A stretch of 64,000 bases of DNA from Selaginella moellendorffii (lineage: Eukaryota; Plantae; Lycopodiophyta): positions 666,128 through 730,127 of the forward strand of contig NW_003314268.1 of assembly GCF_000143415.4 (NCBI RefSeq), written 5' to 3'. This document shows positions 35,725 through 48,027 of this stretch, one piece after another (position 1 is the first letter of the stretch; each line of letters begins with the position of its first letter). Below the pieces are notes generated by a model. That model was not told the DNA's origin. It was given only the letters and a program-made list of their open reading frames with translations, and did not search any database. The translations under genes were made by a program, and so were the position numbers.

Positions 35725-36730
35725 ACAATTGTGTTTCTTGGGCCCAAGTAGAAGTGCAATCTTTTTTAAATTTATATATCTTGCAAGTTAATACATTTTT
35801 TTGTCAGACTGCCCACACTAAATACACCTCCCCTTTTTGGAGTCCCAAAACTTATCATAAATTGCTTGCCAGGTGTGGCTAATCAGCATGATAAGTTTTT
35901 AAATTTTTCCAAATCAAAAACTATTTATATATTTTTATTTAGACTATAATTTAGTATTATATTATTGTAAATAAAAGATACTGCTAATCATAGTAAATAT
36001 TGTGTTTTAAATATGAAAATGGATGGAAATATAGTGTTATACTCAAAAAATGAAAATTTCCAAAATATTATTGTACTCCAAAACCAAATTGATATGTAAA
36101 CACATCTCTTAATCTTTAAAATACTTGCAAGCTTTATATAGCATCAAATAAAGTTTTATCTAAACATCCTAGGATACTATGAAGAAAAATCCTATTTTCA
36201 TTAAATTGATATGGTAATGAATATTTGATTACATATGGTGCATCTTATATTTACACATATGCAGATACAATTAGGGGCCTACCACATGCATAAACACTTC
36301 ATGCCAAGTGAAGCTTGCAAATGCATGCCCAATGCGTCATAAGCCCTTACCAAATTGGCACAGCTGGCAACAGACAACAGCTAGTGTGTGGAGGCTCATG
36401 TCTAGGAGTCTTTTGGTCAGTAGTATTTATAATATATTGTTTAGCTACACTTCTATTCTGGTTATATTTTGCTATGCATTATTGCTATTTTTGTTAAACT
36501 TAAAAGATGAAGAAAAAGATATTGATATAGTAAATAAACTGATGAGAATTAATAATTCATATATTGGTATGTATGACCATACAGACCAATATATATGTGC
36601 TTTGAAAAAAAAGATGCATCCAAAATATTATTTTATTGAGTCATATATATGAATTCAAGGATTAAATTCATATATCTTGTAGGCTAATACATTCTTTTGC
36701 TAAGCCACCTATCCCAAGTACACCTTTTTA
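35286..36730 (+). repeat. Old diverged direct duplication (about 35365-35870 and 36345-36730) containing a Cys-containing exon-like segment
   Basis: attggcaaagctggtg..tgtgtggaagctcatg vs attggcacagctggca..tgtgtggaggctcatg. Also aaacttaaaaagatgaa..gacatagtaaataa vs aaacttaaaagatgaa..gatatagtaaataa. Confidence 0.6.
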
Positions 36731-37140
36731 ACCCCCAAAGATTGCAATCACAATTTGTTTGCCATTAGCAAGAATATGGAAGAGCATAAAATGCATTTGC
36801 ATAAGGTTTTCTTAGTACTATGTAATAACAAAATTTTATGTGAAAAAGAGTAAATGTGAATTTGCATAAGTACAATGAAATTAAAGGTGCAGCTATTTTA
36901 ATATGTCAAATCAATATTTGCACTGAAGAAGTTTTTTAACTTCTCTAAATTGAAAATCACATTTATATTTACATTTAGACTGTAATTTAATATTATATGT
37001 TTTATAATTCTAAAAGATACTCTATAAGAACTGCTAATCATGGTAAAGATTGTGGAACACATTGGCAAGAAATAATATGTTATGGTTTTCCATGTACTTT
37101 TATGTACGTTATGCATTTAGACGGAAATAACATTATATTA

Positions 37141-39612
37141 TCATCCAAAATCTAGCAAGTCCCGTACAAACATGTATCTAAAGCTTGAGTTATAAGGCAG
37201 CCATTCAAACGCCAAATGCTTGACACAAGCCTTGAGACTGAGAGAGTGTTGCTCGGGGAGATTGTGACACAGCCACTGCAGCAGTCCCCTGCTGCTAACG
37301 CCAATCTCGCTCAGAAAGTCGTGGAGGATTCTCGGCAGGAGTAGTGTATTCTTGGCTCCAACACCAACACTTGCTTGTAAAAACTCCAACTTCGCAATCT
37401 GGAGCTGGGCTCTGACATGGATTGCTGTGTAAACTCGCAACTGTGTAAAACAAAAAGAACAATATTAGCGATTTAACAATAACAATAATAAACATTGACA
37501 TAACATGTAACAACAATTATAAACAATTGACCTTACCGATGGATCAGAACGAGCTCCGGAGCAAAGTGCAAAACATACGAGGGGCTCCGGATGTGGAAGG
37601 CTGTACGTAAACGTACGTTTGATCCTCGGTTTGGGCCGCGCTAGGGGAGATATCAAAGCTTGCAGCCACTGCATGATCATCACACAAAGATTGGATCGAG
37701 TGGAGAGTTTCATTTGATTAAATGGATAGACCTCTCGAGAGTTTTGAGAATCTGATCGCCAAGCGAGAACAAACTGTGCTATAGTGTAGGCAGTCACAGA
37801 AACACTGCCAACCTTATAGGCTGCCTGCACTAAAGATCAAAGTATTCCATCACTAACCATATGTGAAGAACTCTCATCATGTTTCACAGACCTTGTGTAG
37901 AAGTGATTCTCGCTTAGATTTGCTGGTTGGGATTCCATAAGCCAAATGTGCCTGAGAGGAAGTTCCACATTCATACAAATATAACACCATAGACACTCAA
38001 TCTTACATGCATCACAAGCGCATTATAGATGTTGATCCAAAACGCTAGCTTTTCGTTGCAATCCATGGATGCTACATCCACCTTGGAGAGCTGTTTGACC
38101 ATCGTCCTAGAATTCCACATAAGCATATAAAAGAAACAGCTGAGAATTTGATAGCTTACTTGAATTCTTGAAGAGGCTGTGCTACGTAGCCGAGCTGCTG
38201 CTTGTCGATCGAGATCCAAGGAACCTCCACGACAAACCTGTACGCTCCACAGTCTCCCAGCTGCTTGGAGAGCTGGAATGGATTGCTCAAGAGGCCTCCA
38301 AGGTTCCGGGGGCTGGACGAACTCGACCAGGAGGAAAAGAGTGGAGATGGCGAGCTTTGAGGCACATCTGCGAGCTTGCCAAAGATCCCAGCCATGCCAC
38401 GAACGAGCGCTGCCGACAGCTCGCTGGGGCTTCCAACAAAACCACTGGAAAACCTCTCCAGCGTCAAGCTCGGGGGGGTTTCTGGCATCTCAGAGAGTTT
38501 CTACAGCAAAAAACGTTTAGAACTTACTTAAGTATCATACAAAATCCAAAGAGACAAACAAAATAATCATACCTTTCGGGCCCTTGGCTGGATTGCTCCG
38601 AGTAGATGATGCAACGGAGATGCCTAGACGAAGAACAAGACAAGAGAAGAGTTAGAAGAAACAAAAACACATTTTATTGTTACCTTGCTACTGACTGGAG
38701 AACTCGATGATAAGAGCGAGCTCGACAATCTGTCCCTGAAACTCGACTTGAAGATTGGATCTTGAGACAAGGGAGATTTTCGCGAGTGGTGGTGGTGATC
38801 ATCCTGCTGTTTCTTACGAACTAAGAATTTGATCACCTTGCTCGGGGTGTCTGGGTTTCCCGGAAGATGATCGGTGGCTTNNNNNNNNNNNNNNNNNNNN
38901 NNNNNNNNNNNNNNNNNNNNNNNNNNNNNNNNNNNNNNNNNNNNNNNNNNNNNNNNNNNNNNNNNNNNNNNNNNNNNNNNAACGTTTTCGATAAGGATCT
39001 TCCGGTAGAGCCAAAGAACTCGTTTTTCCAGATGGGCGACTTCGTGCTCGATCAGTGCTGTCTCAGCGATGAGGTCTCTCGCCTTGAAGCCAAAAATAAA
39101 ACAAAATGGAAGATTGGTTTTCTGGCAATCTAAGTTCGTTTGGAGCAAACCTTTGTAGCGATGGTTTTACAATCGGGGGAGAGGCAGCTGGAAGCATTGA
39201 CGAGAGCTTTTTCCAACGATGCCCGTGTGGCTTGCTCCTCTTGTAGCCGGATTTGGAGCAAGCAAACCTGGAGTGAGAACATTTTTGAGAACTAGAGGAA
39301 GAACTAGATACTTACATCCCGTTCCAGGGCGAGACGATGCTTCGTCCTCCAATCGAGACACCTCCAATTGCGATGATCAGTTGGAGTATACACGTCCCAG
39401 AAGGATCCATCCTCCGACCCATCGAAAGAACGCTCGTTCGAGGGAGCGCTGGACGAAACCACTTGACTATGAGAAAACCCAAAACGAAAACATTCTTACC
39501 TCTTCGATCTTTCATGCCTAGATTTGAGCTTCCTCCCAAATGGAGAGGAATCAAACGAGCTTGGAATGGAGAGGGCGTAGTCCTCCTCCAAGAAACAAGG
39601 CGTGAGCATCAT
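37141..39612 (-). CDS. Lzipper-MIP1 plus DUF547 domain protein (ternary complex factor MIP1-like), multi-exon, spans an N gap
   Basis: N-terminal RHERSKS; leucine zipper ARDLIAETALIEHEVAHLEKRVLWLY; DUF547 EKLAFWINIYNALVMH, AAYKVG and PEPLVCFALCSGARSDPS; C-terminal WLPYNSSFRYMF. Confidence 0.9.
38881..38980. other. Assembly gap (100 N)
   Basis: Run of N inside an exon of the DUF547 gene. Confidence 1.
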
Positions 39613-40142
39613 AACTCTGGAGCTCTTTTCTCAATCCATTCACTCCAACAAGACAAAAATCTTACAGAAACAAAAAAAAAAGGAAACCCTTTCACTTCCT
39701 CTTTAAATCTCTCCTCTCCGGGCGATGGCCAAACGCCAAGATCGAGCAGTCTCTCTCGACAATCTTTGCGGAAAGAGAGACAGCGGCAGAGAATCCCCAT
39801 GCGCGAGCCATAGTTTTCTTTGATCAAAGCTTTTGGAGGGACGATGGATCGTTTCAATCTATAAGCTTTCATTCAAAGCCAGCTATGGAGGGAAAGACAA
39901 AGACCCAGCAAACAAGGTGTGAAGGGTCAGTCTAGTCAGGCCAGGGATCTTAGTGTTAAAAAACACAAGAGTCAGTAAAAAATAGGAATCCCTACGCGTC
40001 CTTTTCAACGTAGCTACGTAATTACCGTGCTTGCAGGGCGCAGTCGCAGTAAATGCCTGCCCGCCCTCGAAAGCCGCGCTTTCTTTTCAAATTTCAAACT
40101 TCTTAGGGCTACAAACCTAACTATTAGTTAATTATCAGAAAT

Positions 40143-40213
40143 GGTCCCATAGTCTACTGGTTACGACATTGGACTTTGAATCCAAGAGCCGAGTTCGAAT
40201 CCCGGTGCAACCT
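40143..40213 (+). pseudogene. tRNA-Gln(TTG) pseudogene
   Basis: GGTCCCATAGTCTACTGGTTACGACATTGGACTTTGAATCCAAGAGCCGAGTTCGAATCCCGGTGCAACCT. The anticodon arm and B-box are intact, but the acceptor stem (GGTCCCA/TGCAACC) and T stem are mismatched. Confidence 0.75.
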
Positions 40214-40819
40214 ATATATACAAATTAAACTATATATATACAAAGATTCATTTTTTAATTAAACACAGTGATGGTAAAACAAAATTAATTAAACCCTAAA
40301 TTTTAATTATAAAGTTTGTAATTTCATGCTTATGAAAGCTAAAGAGATATATGGATTATTTTTAAATTATGAAATTTTATTACTTTTCTTGTAACTGGTT
40401 TGTATAAAATTTTAAAATAATTCTCACTTCAATGTTTTTTAGATGCTTATAATAAAAGATTAATATCAACTAATGAAAATGTAAAAAAACCTTGATTGTA
40501 AACTTGTTGTGCTTTAAAAATGCCTTTTTGTTGTGTATGTAACTAGAAGATACATTTCTTAATTAAAATATAATCTAATCTAAGTAAAATTTTCAGTTGT
40601 TATTTCTATTATAATATTTACTTTCACTTTCTTAAGTTCTTTTTCAATTTAATATTTTATGATAATTTAGTATCATAGCAACCAAGTTCCAATTTTGCAC
40701 AATATGGGAAATAAATATATGGATAATTAGAAAAAAAGTGCCCTTCAGGGCAAAAAAAAAGTTAACTGCTCAAAGATTTTATAAAGAAATATAGCATAAC
40801 ATGATTAAGCAATTATTCT

Positions 40820-42759
40820 TTAGAGCTTTGAGTCAAAGATAAAGCTGGTCTTTGGCAACCAAGATTGTGCAGCTATGAAGCTACTTGGAGTGAACTTCCG
40901 GGCAAGGCGAGGCCCATTGAGAACTTTAACCCATTTCACTCGATCTCTCATGCTGGATCCAGGTCCCCAATTCTTATACTCAGCAAAATATGATGTCTGT
41001 AGACCAAAGGATCCTCCTGAAAAAGAGAAAATTGATATGAATATAGATTCAATTGATTTACCTTCCCAACTCAGCCATCCACGTGGCTGCACCATGGCCT
41101 CCATCTGAGATCTCAGCCACACGACCCGCGCAAACTCCTTCCATGGACGGCCCAGATACACCGGAAACGCACCGCCAACCCGGCACATATGAAACGAGAA
41201 GCCTGTGTTTTGGGCGGGGTCTGACCGGCCCTGAGCGCTGACCACCGTCTGTTGACCGTGGACCGGTACCTTTGACTCGAAGCTGCAGTTCTGGAAGACG
41301 GCGGCAGCATTGCCAAACACAAAGTCAACGGTGCCGGTGACGGTGCACTCGCGGTAAAACTGGCGAAAGACGTGGGCGAGGAGCGTGTCCTGGTTGCCGT
41401 GGATGGAGCAGCGGTAGAATGCCGCTTGATCGGCCCCAACCCGGAGTGCCACTGCCTGCTGGGCTTGAGGACCAGACGTGTTCTCGATGGTCAGCTCTCG
41501 AGCCATGAAGTTCTTCCCCTCGATAACTACACAAGAGAAAAAGCTCTTTAGTCAATATCAAAGTCTAGATAGACTCCGGAAGGACCCAAGAAACGAAACT
41601 ATAAGATCAAAGGATTGATTGCCAAGACCAGGAAACCAACCATAAGATCAGGCAAACTCCAACTGGAATGGAACTTTCTCTTACCGACTGTGGCCGACGT
41701 TCTGGTAGTGATCCCGGGTTGCATCACATTCTTGTTCCCCGTGATGATTGTTCTCCCCTGGCCGTCGCCCACGAACATCAAATTCGTGTGGAAACTCCTC
41801 ACAGTCACGTACTCCCGGTAGACTCCGGCCTTGATGTGGATCACGTACCTCCGCGCGCTCATCCGTGGGGCGGCGTTGATCGCATCCTGGATCCGCCCAA
41901 ACTGCCCCGACCCGTCCTGCGCCACCACCGCGTCCACGACGTGAGCGCCGTTGACCAAGCCCCGGCCAGCGGTGACCAGCGCTGGCGGCGCTGACCCGCG
42001 CTGACCTCTCGCAGCCAGGGATGCCCGCCACGCCGCGACCATGGGGTTGACCAGCGCCAGCGCGTTGCTAATCAGCTTCTGGACCCGTTGACCGGCGGCC
42101 CGGAGGCGTTTGACCTCTGGGTCGCCGCTGACCTCGTCCAGCTCGTCCATGCATGTGTCGTGGAAGGTCAACGCCGCGCTCATCCACGTCTGGATGTCAG
42201 CAATCTCGGACTCGTATCTCCCCTGCACGAATTCCTCCAGGGAGGCCTGGAGCTCGGCGATGGCGCTTCCCAGGAGCTCGGAGCAATCGTCAAACGCGGC
42301 CTTGGCCCTGACGCTGTGGTGGTGGTGGTCATCGCTCATGAATTGGGCCGTGAGATTGAGCATCTCCTCCACGCCCTGAATCGCAGCCCTGGTCGTTTCC
42401 TCGAGGAGTTCTCTAGGCCCGGACTTGGCGATCTGGGATCTGGCCAGGGAGGAGAGACACACGTCTGGGAACCTCGTCGACTTGCAAGCGTTGCTTACGG
42501 TGAACTCCTCGCCCCTTTTTTCCTTGAGGAGGACCAGTGGGAGGGAGATTGAGAGGGAAACAATGAGGACGAATAGCAAAGAAATCGCGAGTACTACCGC
42601 TGGGCGACGGAGGAACCTCGAGCACCGACGATCATTGACAGGATTTTGGTGATCCACTCGATTGCTTTCGACGATCATGGCATTGCCAATGACGTGATCT
42701 TTACCTTCCTTCCCAGATTCTTCTTGATCATGACGAGGAGAAGAACCCACAGTGGCCAT
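40820..42759 (-). CDS. Pectin methylesterase with N-terminal TM anchor and PMEI pro-domain (3 exons)
   Basis: TM helix; PMEI CKSTRFPDVC, AFDDCSELL, IQTWMSAALTFHDTC; PME VVAQDGSGQF, GVYRE, QAVALRV, GNQDTL, GTVDFVFG and YLGRPWK. Introns at about 41684-41528 and 41061-41018. Confidence 0.94.
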
Positions 42760-43169
42760 TTCTTCGATCAAAGATTTGGAGAACCCACGACGAAATTGAG
42801 TGCAGGGAAGTGAATGATCGATGCCCGAGCGAGCTCTCGAGCATCAACGAAGCTGGGATTGGAACTTCTCTCAAGCTTTATAGCAAAGCTTAACTACAAC
42901 CATATTTCTTTACTGCATTCCAAGCCAAGTAAAACGGTGACAAGCAAAAGAAAGTAGGCAAACTATACAGTTTGATGAACGCAATCTTTGCTTGACTTCA
43001 GGAATATTCATTGTACCGTTGGATAATATAAGCTTATACTACGAATATTGGTCAATCCAGCTTCTCGGGATGAATTCGGTGTTGGTGACGTAGCTGGCGA
43101 CTATAGCAGGTCTGATCGTCTCTAGCATTTCGTTTCTCTCTCGGTTGAGGTTTGTTTCGAGCAGGGACA

Positions 43170-44410
43170 CAGCTATCACCATCGCTACCACTCCGCCCAC
43201 AGTCCATTGCGTACGCCCCCGCACCGGGAGAGGCAGCAGGAGATTTAAGGCAAAGCGTCCTTTATCAACATGCCCGTCTTCGAAGGCACGTATTGTCATT
43301 TTTGGAATTCTTCTAGTCTTATGTGATTTTGCTTTTACTCAGACTACTGCTTCCCGATTAGAACCACTATTAATATCATTGTTTTTTCTTGTTTTGTTCT
43401 TTTATTTCACAGGTGGAGTTGCTTAGCATGTAAATTTGAACCGATCCAACCAAATGAACGATCTTCAATCCACTGGGAGCTCTCGCTAGCAACTAGCGAG
43501 CTATGTGATGGCCTCTGGAGCAAACTACGTAAGAATCTTATTTTCGAGCTGGATTTGTTTGAGGTCAACTTCCATTTTCTAATCAAGTTACGAGGACAAA
43601 CTTACCAGGAATCCTTGCGAACGTACAAGAAGATCCCAAGCACGAGTTTTTCTAGCGTGCTCTAGATATCATTGTTTCTTGTTTCTAGGATCAAAGTCGG
43701 ATCTCGGATCTTTCGAAGATGTTAAATTTTTTGTATAGATGAAACATTATAGATTTCAACATTAAATCATCGTTTTCACAGCTAAATCAAAGAAAATGAT
43801 ATGAAAAAAAACTATCACGATTCTGGGCTATTCTGCTGCTGTGCTCGATCAAACTTGTCACAGCTCTTTAGCTGCTTCCTCTTTGCTTTTTGAAGCTGCT
43901 GCCCCTGCTCCACTGGGCGAACTTAAAACTCAAGCTGCTGCCCCTGCTTGGTTTAAGAAATTTTTAGTCTTTAAGCTGCTCAATCTTTGCTGCTCGATCT
44001 TAGCTGTTTCAGCCTGCTCTCTTTGTCTCCAAGTTTTAAAATCAACTTATGATTTTCCATTCCCACTTGCTCGATTCTTATGATCTCTGACGCTGGTTTT
44101 ATCTTTCGCTGCTTCAAGTCCTGCTCCACCCTCATTTACATATTCTTCTGGCGGCCAGTTGGCAGTCAGACTATTTTCCAAATAGAAAATAAACATAATC
44201 TCTCAAGGTTATTTACTCACAAGTTGGCCAGAATAAGCAGCTGCTTGCGTAGTCTCTGAGATGTTTTATTTATTTAGTCTCGAAGAGACGGCCTCCTACG
44301 ATCTGGACTAAGTAGGAGCTCAGAAGATTTATTACCACAGCAGAAAAACAAAAAAATACCGTAGAATTTGTTGCTAATATGAATGGAGCTACCATCCACA
44401 AAGTGTGTGT
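43170..44410. repeat. Segmental duplication, copy 1 (decayed minus-strand multi-exon locus); copy 2 is at 62805-64000
   Basis: Long near-identical blocks shared with the window end, e.g. cagcaggagatttaaggcaaagcgtcctttatcaac and tttaagctgctcaatctttgctgctcgatcttagc. Confidence 0.92.
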
Positions 44411-44479
44411 CGCTTATAGTCTGCTTCTCCTGTTTAACAACACGGATGAAATAAATGGAAGAGGAAAAAGAGAATGACT

Positions 44480-46500
44480 CTACGTACCCTCGGTCCAGAT
44501 TGCTCGATTGTAAAGGTGGCCATTGAACCTCTGAATCGCCAAGTAATCTTTGCACCAGCTTCCACGTTCCATGAAACTCGTCCGATCTTTTGTCTTTATG
44601 ACTGTTGCTTCGTCTTAGAGTTCGCTCCAGCTCCTATAGTCTCCACATGTCAGAGGCGAACATCAGCCACTTTTCAGTCTTTGAGAATCCGAAGCTCTGG
44701 CTCCACCGCCACAAGCAGCTTCTTCGAGTTCGAGATCATCTCGCCATCATCATCTTCTTGAGTAATCGTTCCTGGCTGATATACTATCATCCAAGCACCT
44801 GTAAGAGCGATCCTGGACAGCGTTGATTCCGTCAACTAGAGAGCTTTGTCTTGATCCATATCAGCATCTCATCTTTTGCTTCATCTCACATGTCTCACGA
44901 CGAAATTTGATGGACTCTGCTCCACTTCCAGAGCCCGGCTGGCCGACTGCTCCGAAACACGGTCGTCCACCGTCACTTTCGACTGCTTGAGCTGCTTCAT
45001 CTGGGCCACCGTCTTGTACAGCTCCGAAACTTTGGAGTCGAGGGAGGATATCTCCTCGAAAAGGTTGATCTTCTGTTGACTTAGAAGAGTGTGGAGGCTG
45101 GTTTCTGGCGCTTTGGAGGTCTGCTACTGCTTTCCTGTGTTGCCGGAGATTTCAATACACTTGGAGCTCTGTTCTGGATTTGACTCACGAGAGCTGGCTT
45201 CTCCAATGCTAGAGTTCGAGTACTGGCCTCGACGTGACCAATCCTTGCAGCCGACTTCTCGATCTTCCAATTCTCGTTTCTTCGACGTCTCTGACAAATG
45301 CTTCTGCCACTTCAGGGCTTGATCGTGCTCAGAAGCTCGAGTAGGAGCACGCAAAAACAGAGCTTGAGGAGTGGCTTGCTCTTGTCGCATGTAGCGTCCA
45401 TTTGATCCGTCAAACCTCTAGAGCTCGGTGGTCCATGGCAACCAACCTGTCCAACTGTGCTCTCTGATCCCTCGGCTTGTCTTCCGCCTCAGCCTTCATC
45501 CTTCGTCAATGCTTCGTTCAGTTTCCTCAATGCTTTGCAGCCGGCACGTCTCTCTCTCCTCGAGCGCCTCGAGCCCCGTGATCCTCTCCATCAGCTGCCA
45601 GTTACTTGCTTCTCCAGCCTCGCCTTTGCGCTTCCAAACTCCGGCATCCTCTTCTCGACGTGCTCCTCACCGAGAGCTCCACCTCGTGCAGTGGGTTCGA
45701 CTCCGTCAGCAGTGGGGCTCCTGTCCGAACACTACCTCATTCCACCAGATGATAGAGAACGTTTAGCGTAGTCTGTCTTATAGTCTCCGCAGCCATCCGA
45801 AACCCCAGTCGCGAGCAGCTTCAGCTATATTGTCGTCTCGCCATCTTGCAGCCATCTGGCACTGGTTTACGTCGTTCCTCGCTACTATCATGGACAGCCT
45901 TACCGCAGCAGGCGCTCCTGAATCATCTCCGTCCACTGGAAAGCCGATAAGAGAGATCCCTCCTTGCTCCAGACACTGTAGAGTGTAGCCCAATTTGATC
46001 CATTGATCTTCTCTTGACTTAGAAGAGTGTGGAGGCGGGTCTCTGGCCTGTTTAGACGCCCGAAGTGTGATGGACTTCTCCGCCTGGAGCCCTGAGACAC
46101 GGTTGTCACGCACTGCTTTCACGTCTTGGACAGTTGCAAATCTTTGGAGTCGAGTCCTCGAGAAGGTCGATCTTCTCTCGACTTAACTGGTCTATAGCTT
46201 TAGTGGCCTCCTCCTGTGCTGCTCAACTTGCTTGGAGATCCAACTTCTGGATTTGACTCTTGAGAGTTGGCTTCTCCGATGCTAGAGTCCGAGCACTGGC
46301 CTCCAGTTGACCAATCCTTGCAGCCAACTTCTCGAGCTCGGAGCCAACTTCATTTCTCGTTTCTTCGACGTGCTTAGAACAGTTTGCTCGTGTTCTCTTC
46401 TCAGGTAAACCCAGGGTCTAGTCGTCTTAGAGTTCGCTCCAGCCCGGCCGATCATCTTCTCGCCATCATGGTTCCGACAAAACAAACACTCATCGTTCAC
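44480..46500 (-). pseudogene. Decayed coiled-coil protein sequence built from internal repeats of about 1 kb
   Basis: Blocks at about 45170-45290 and 46240-46370 are homologous (ctggatttgactc..gagctggcttctcc..gctagagt..cttgcagcc..tttctcgtttcttcgacgt). E/K/L-rich frames are broken by frameshifts. Confidence 0.5.
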
Positions 46501-46574
46501 TTCAGCTCTCTACAACAAACACGGAAGTTATTAGCAAACGGCCATCTGGAATCTGGAAGGTATATCAAACTTAC

Positions 46575-48027
46575 CTGTCTCCTCTTGAATTCGGCAACAA
46601 AATCTCTCCCCGCACGATCATATAGTTCTTTTGCCTCCTTCACGAAGACCACCTCGCCGGACTGAAGCTTCTTCCACGGTTTCCTCTCACTCGGGATCCT
46701 ATCCAGCATTTTCTGGAGCCTCATCATCTTCCGCGCTCGCTTGATCCTCTCTCGGTCGCTGGATTTGCCGTTGAGCTCCTCGTAAAGCTGCTCGGTGAGT
46801 CTGATCAGAATCCGGAGCGCGCTAACACTCCAAGACTTTTCCTCGTGCTTCTCCTCTTCTGTTTCCTCGCGCTTTTCCTCTTCCAAGCTGCGGATCTTCT
46901 TCTCGGTTTTTCCCCTCTGGTTTAGCCACCGGTTTGCCTTGTGGAAAGCTTCGAGATACGCGAACTCAACATAGCCCCCTCGGCCATCGCTAAGATGGGT
47001 TTCACTCCGCCGTCGGGTGCCGTCGGGAAGAATGTCCTCCGCTGAGGAAGAGAAGCGAACCATCTTCGGCCTGGAACCTGCAAGTCCAGAAGGCCATCGT
47101 GAGTCACAGTAGAAGAAGAATGCGAGAAGCAAAAGGAACCATACCTGGACGACGACCCCCGGCTGGCAGTAGAATTGGCTTGGGTCGCTGCTCCTCCTGC
47201 TTGGGTTTGTCATTCTCCTGCTGCTTCATCTTCTCTTGATCGTCTTCCCGTTCCAGAGGCTGCTTGATCGGCTTGATCATCTGCTCCTCCTCTTGTTCCA
47301 GCTGCTGCTTCATCGGCTTGATCATCTGCTCCTCCTCTTGTTCCAGCTGCTGCTTCATCGGCTTCATCCGCTGCTCCTCCTCCTGTTCCTGCTCTTGCTT
47401 CATCGGCTTGATCGGCTTGATCGGCTGATTCGGCTGATTCTTCTCCTCTCGTTCCAGCTGCGGCTGCTCCTTGTGACCTTGCTCCTGTTTCACCTCGCGC
47501 CTGAGTTCCTTCGTCTCATGGGCTTCTTTCTCCTGCTCCTCCTCGCTCAGCTGCTCAGCTTTCTTCTCTTGCTCCTCCTCCTTCAGCTGCTTCTCGGCTT
47601 CCTTTTCCTCCTCTTGTTCCAGCTTCATCGGCTTCATCTGATCGGCTTCTTTCTCCTCCTCGTTCACCTGCTCGGCTGACTTCTCTTCCTTCAGCTGCTC
47701 CGCTTTCTTCTCTTGATTCTCCTCTTCGTCCTCTTTCTCTTGTTCCGGCTTGATCGGCTTGATCGGCTCCTTGTGCCCTCGCTCCTGTCGTATCGCTTCT
47801 AAGACGATTTTCACCTCGTGCCTGAGTTCCTTCAACTTCAAGGCGGCGGCGTCCATGGCTTCTCCCGAGACGGCCTCACAGACACGATCTTGGACCTTCA
47901 GCTTCGAGGCCGCCGCGTCCATGGCTTCCGGGTGGACCTTGTTGTCGCCCTTGTGCGCCTTTTTTGGTCGAAAGAGAGACCACAAACCTGTGACGCATCC
48001 ACTGCGCTCCTGCTCTGTTCGCGCCAT
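46575..48027 (-). CDS. Hypothetical E/Q/K-rich repetitive protein (first two exons, intron at about 47144-47078); may continue into the decayed coiled-coil region
   Basis: ORFs 47104-48027 and 46497-47213 join through a GT-AG intron. Tandem KPMKQQLEQEEEQMI repeats and a twice-repeated EAMDAAA.KLK. Splice donor at 46574. Confidence 0.55.

Noticed and set aside
40725-40762. Hairpin TGCCCTTCAGGGCA near CTAA resembling a Helitron 3' end
   Set aside because: The orientation would place the intact PME gene inside the element, and no 5' TC terminus or other support was found.
47236-47679. Leu-rich 147-aa plus-strand ORF
   Set aside because: Antisense shadow of the E/Q/K repeat gene.
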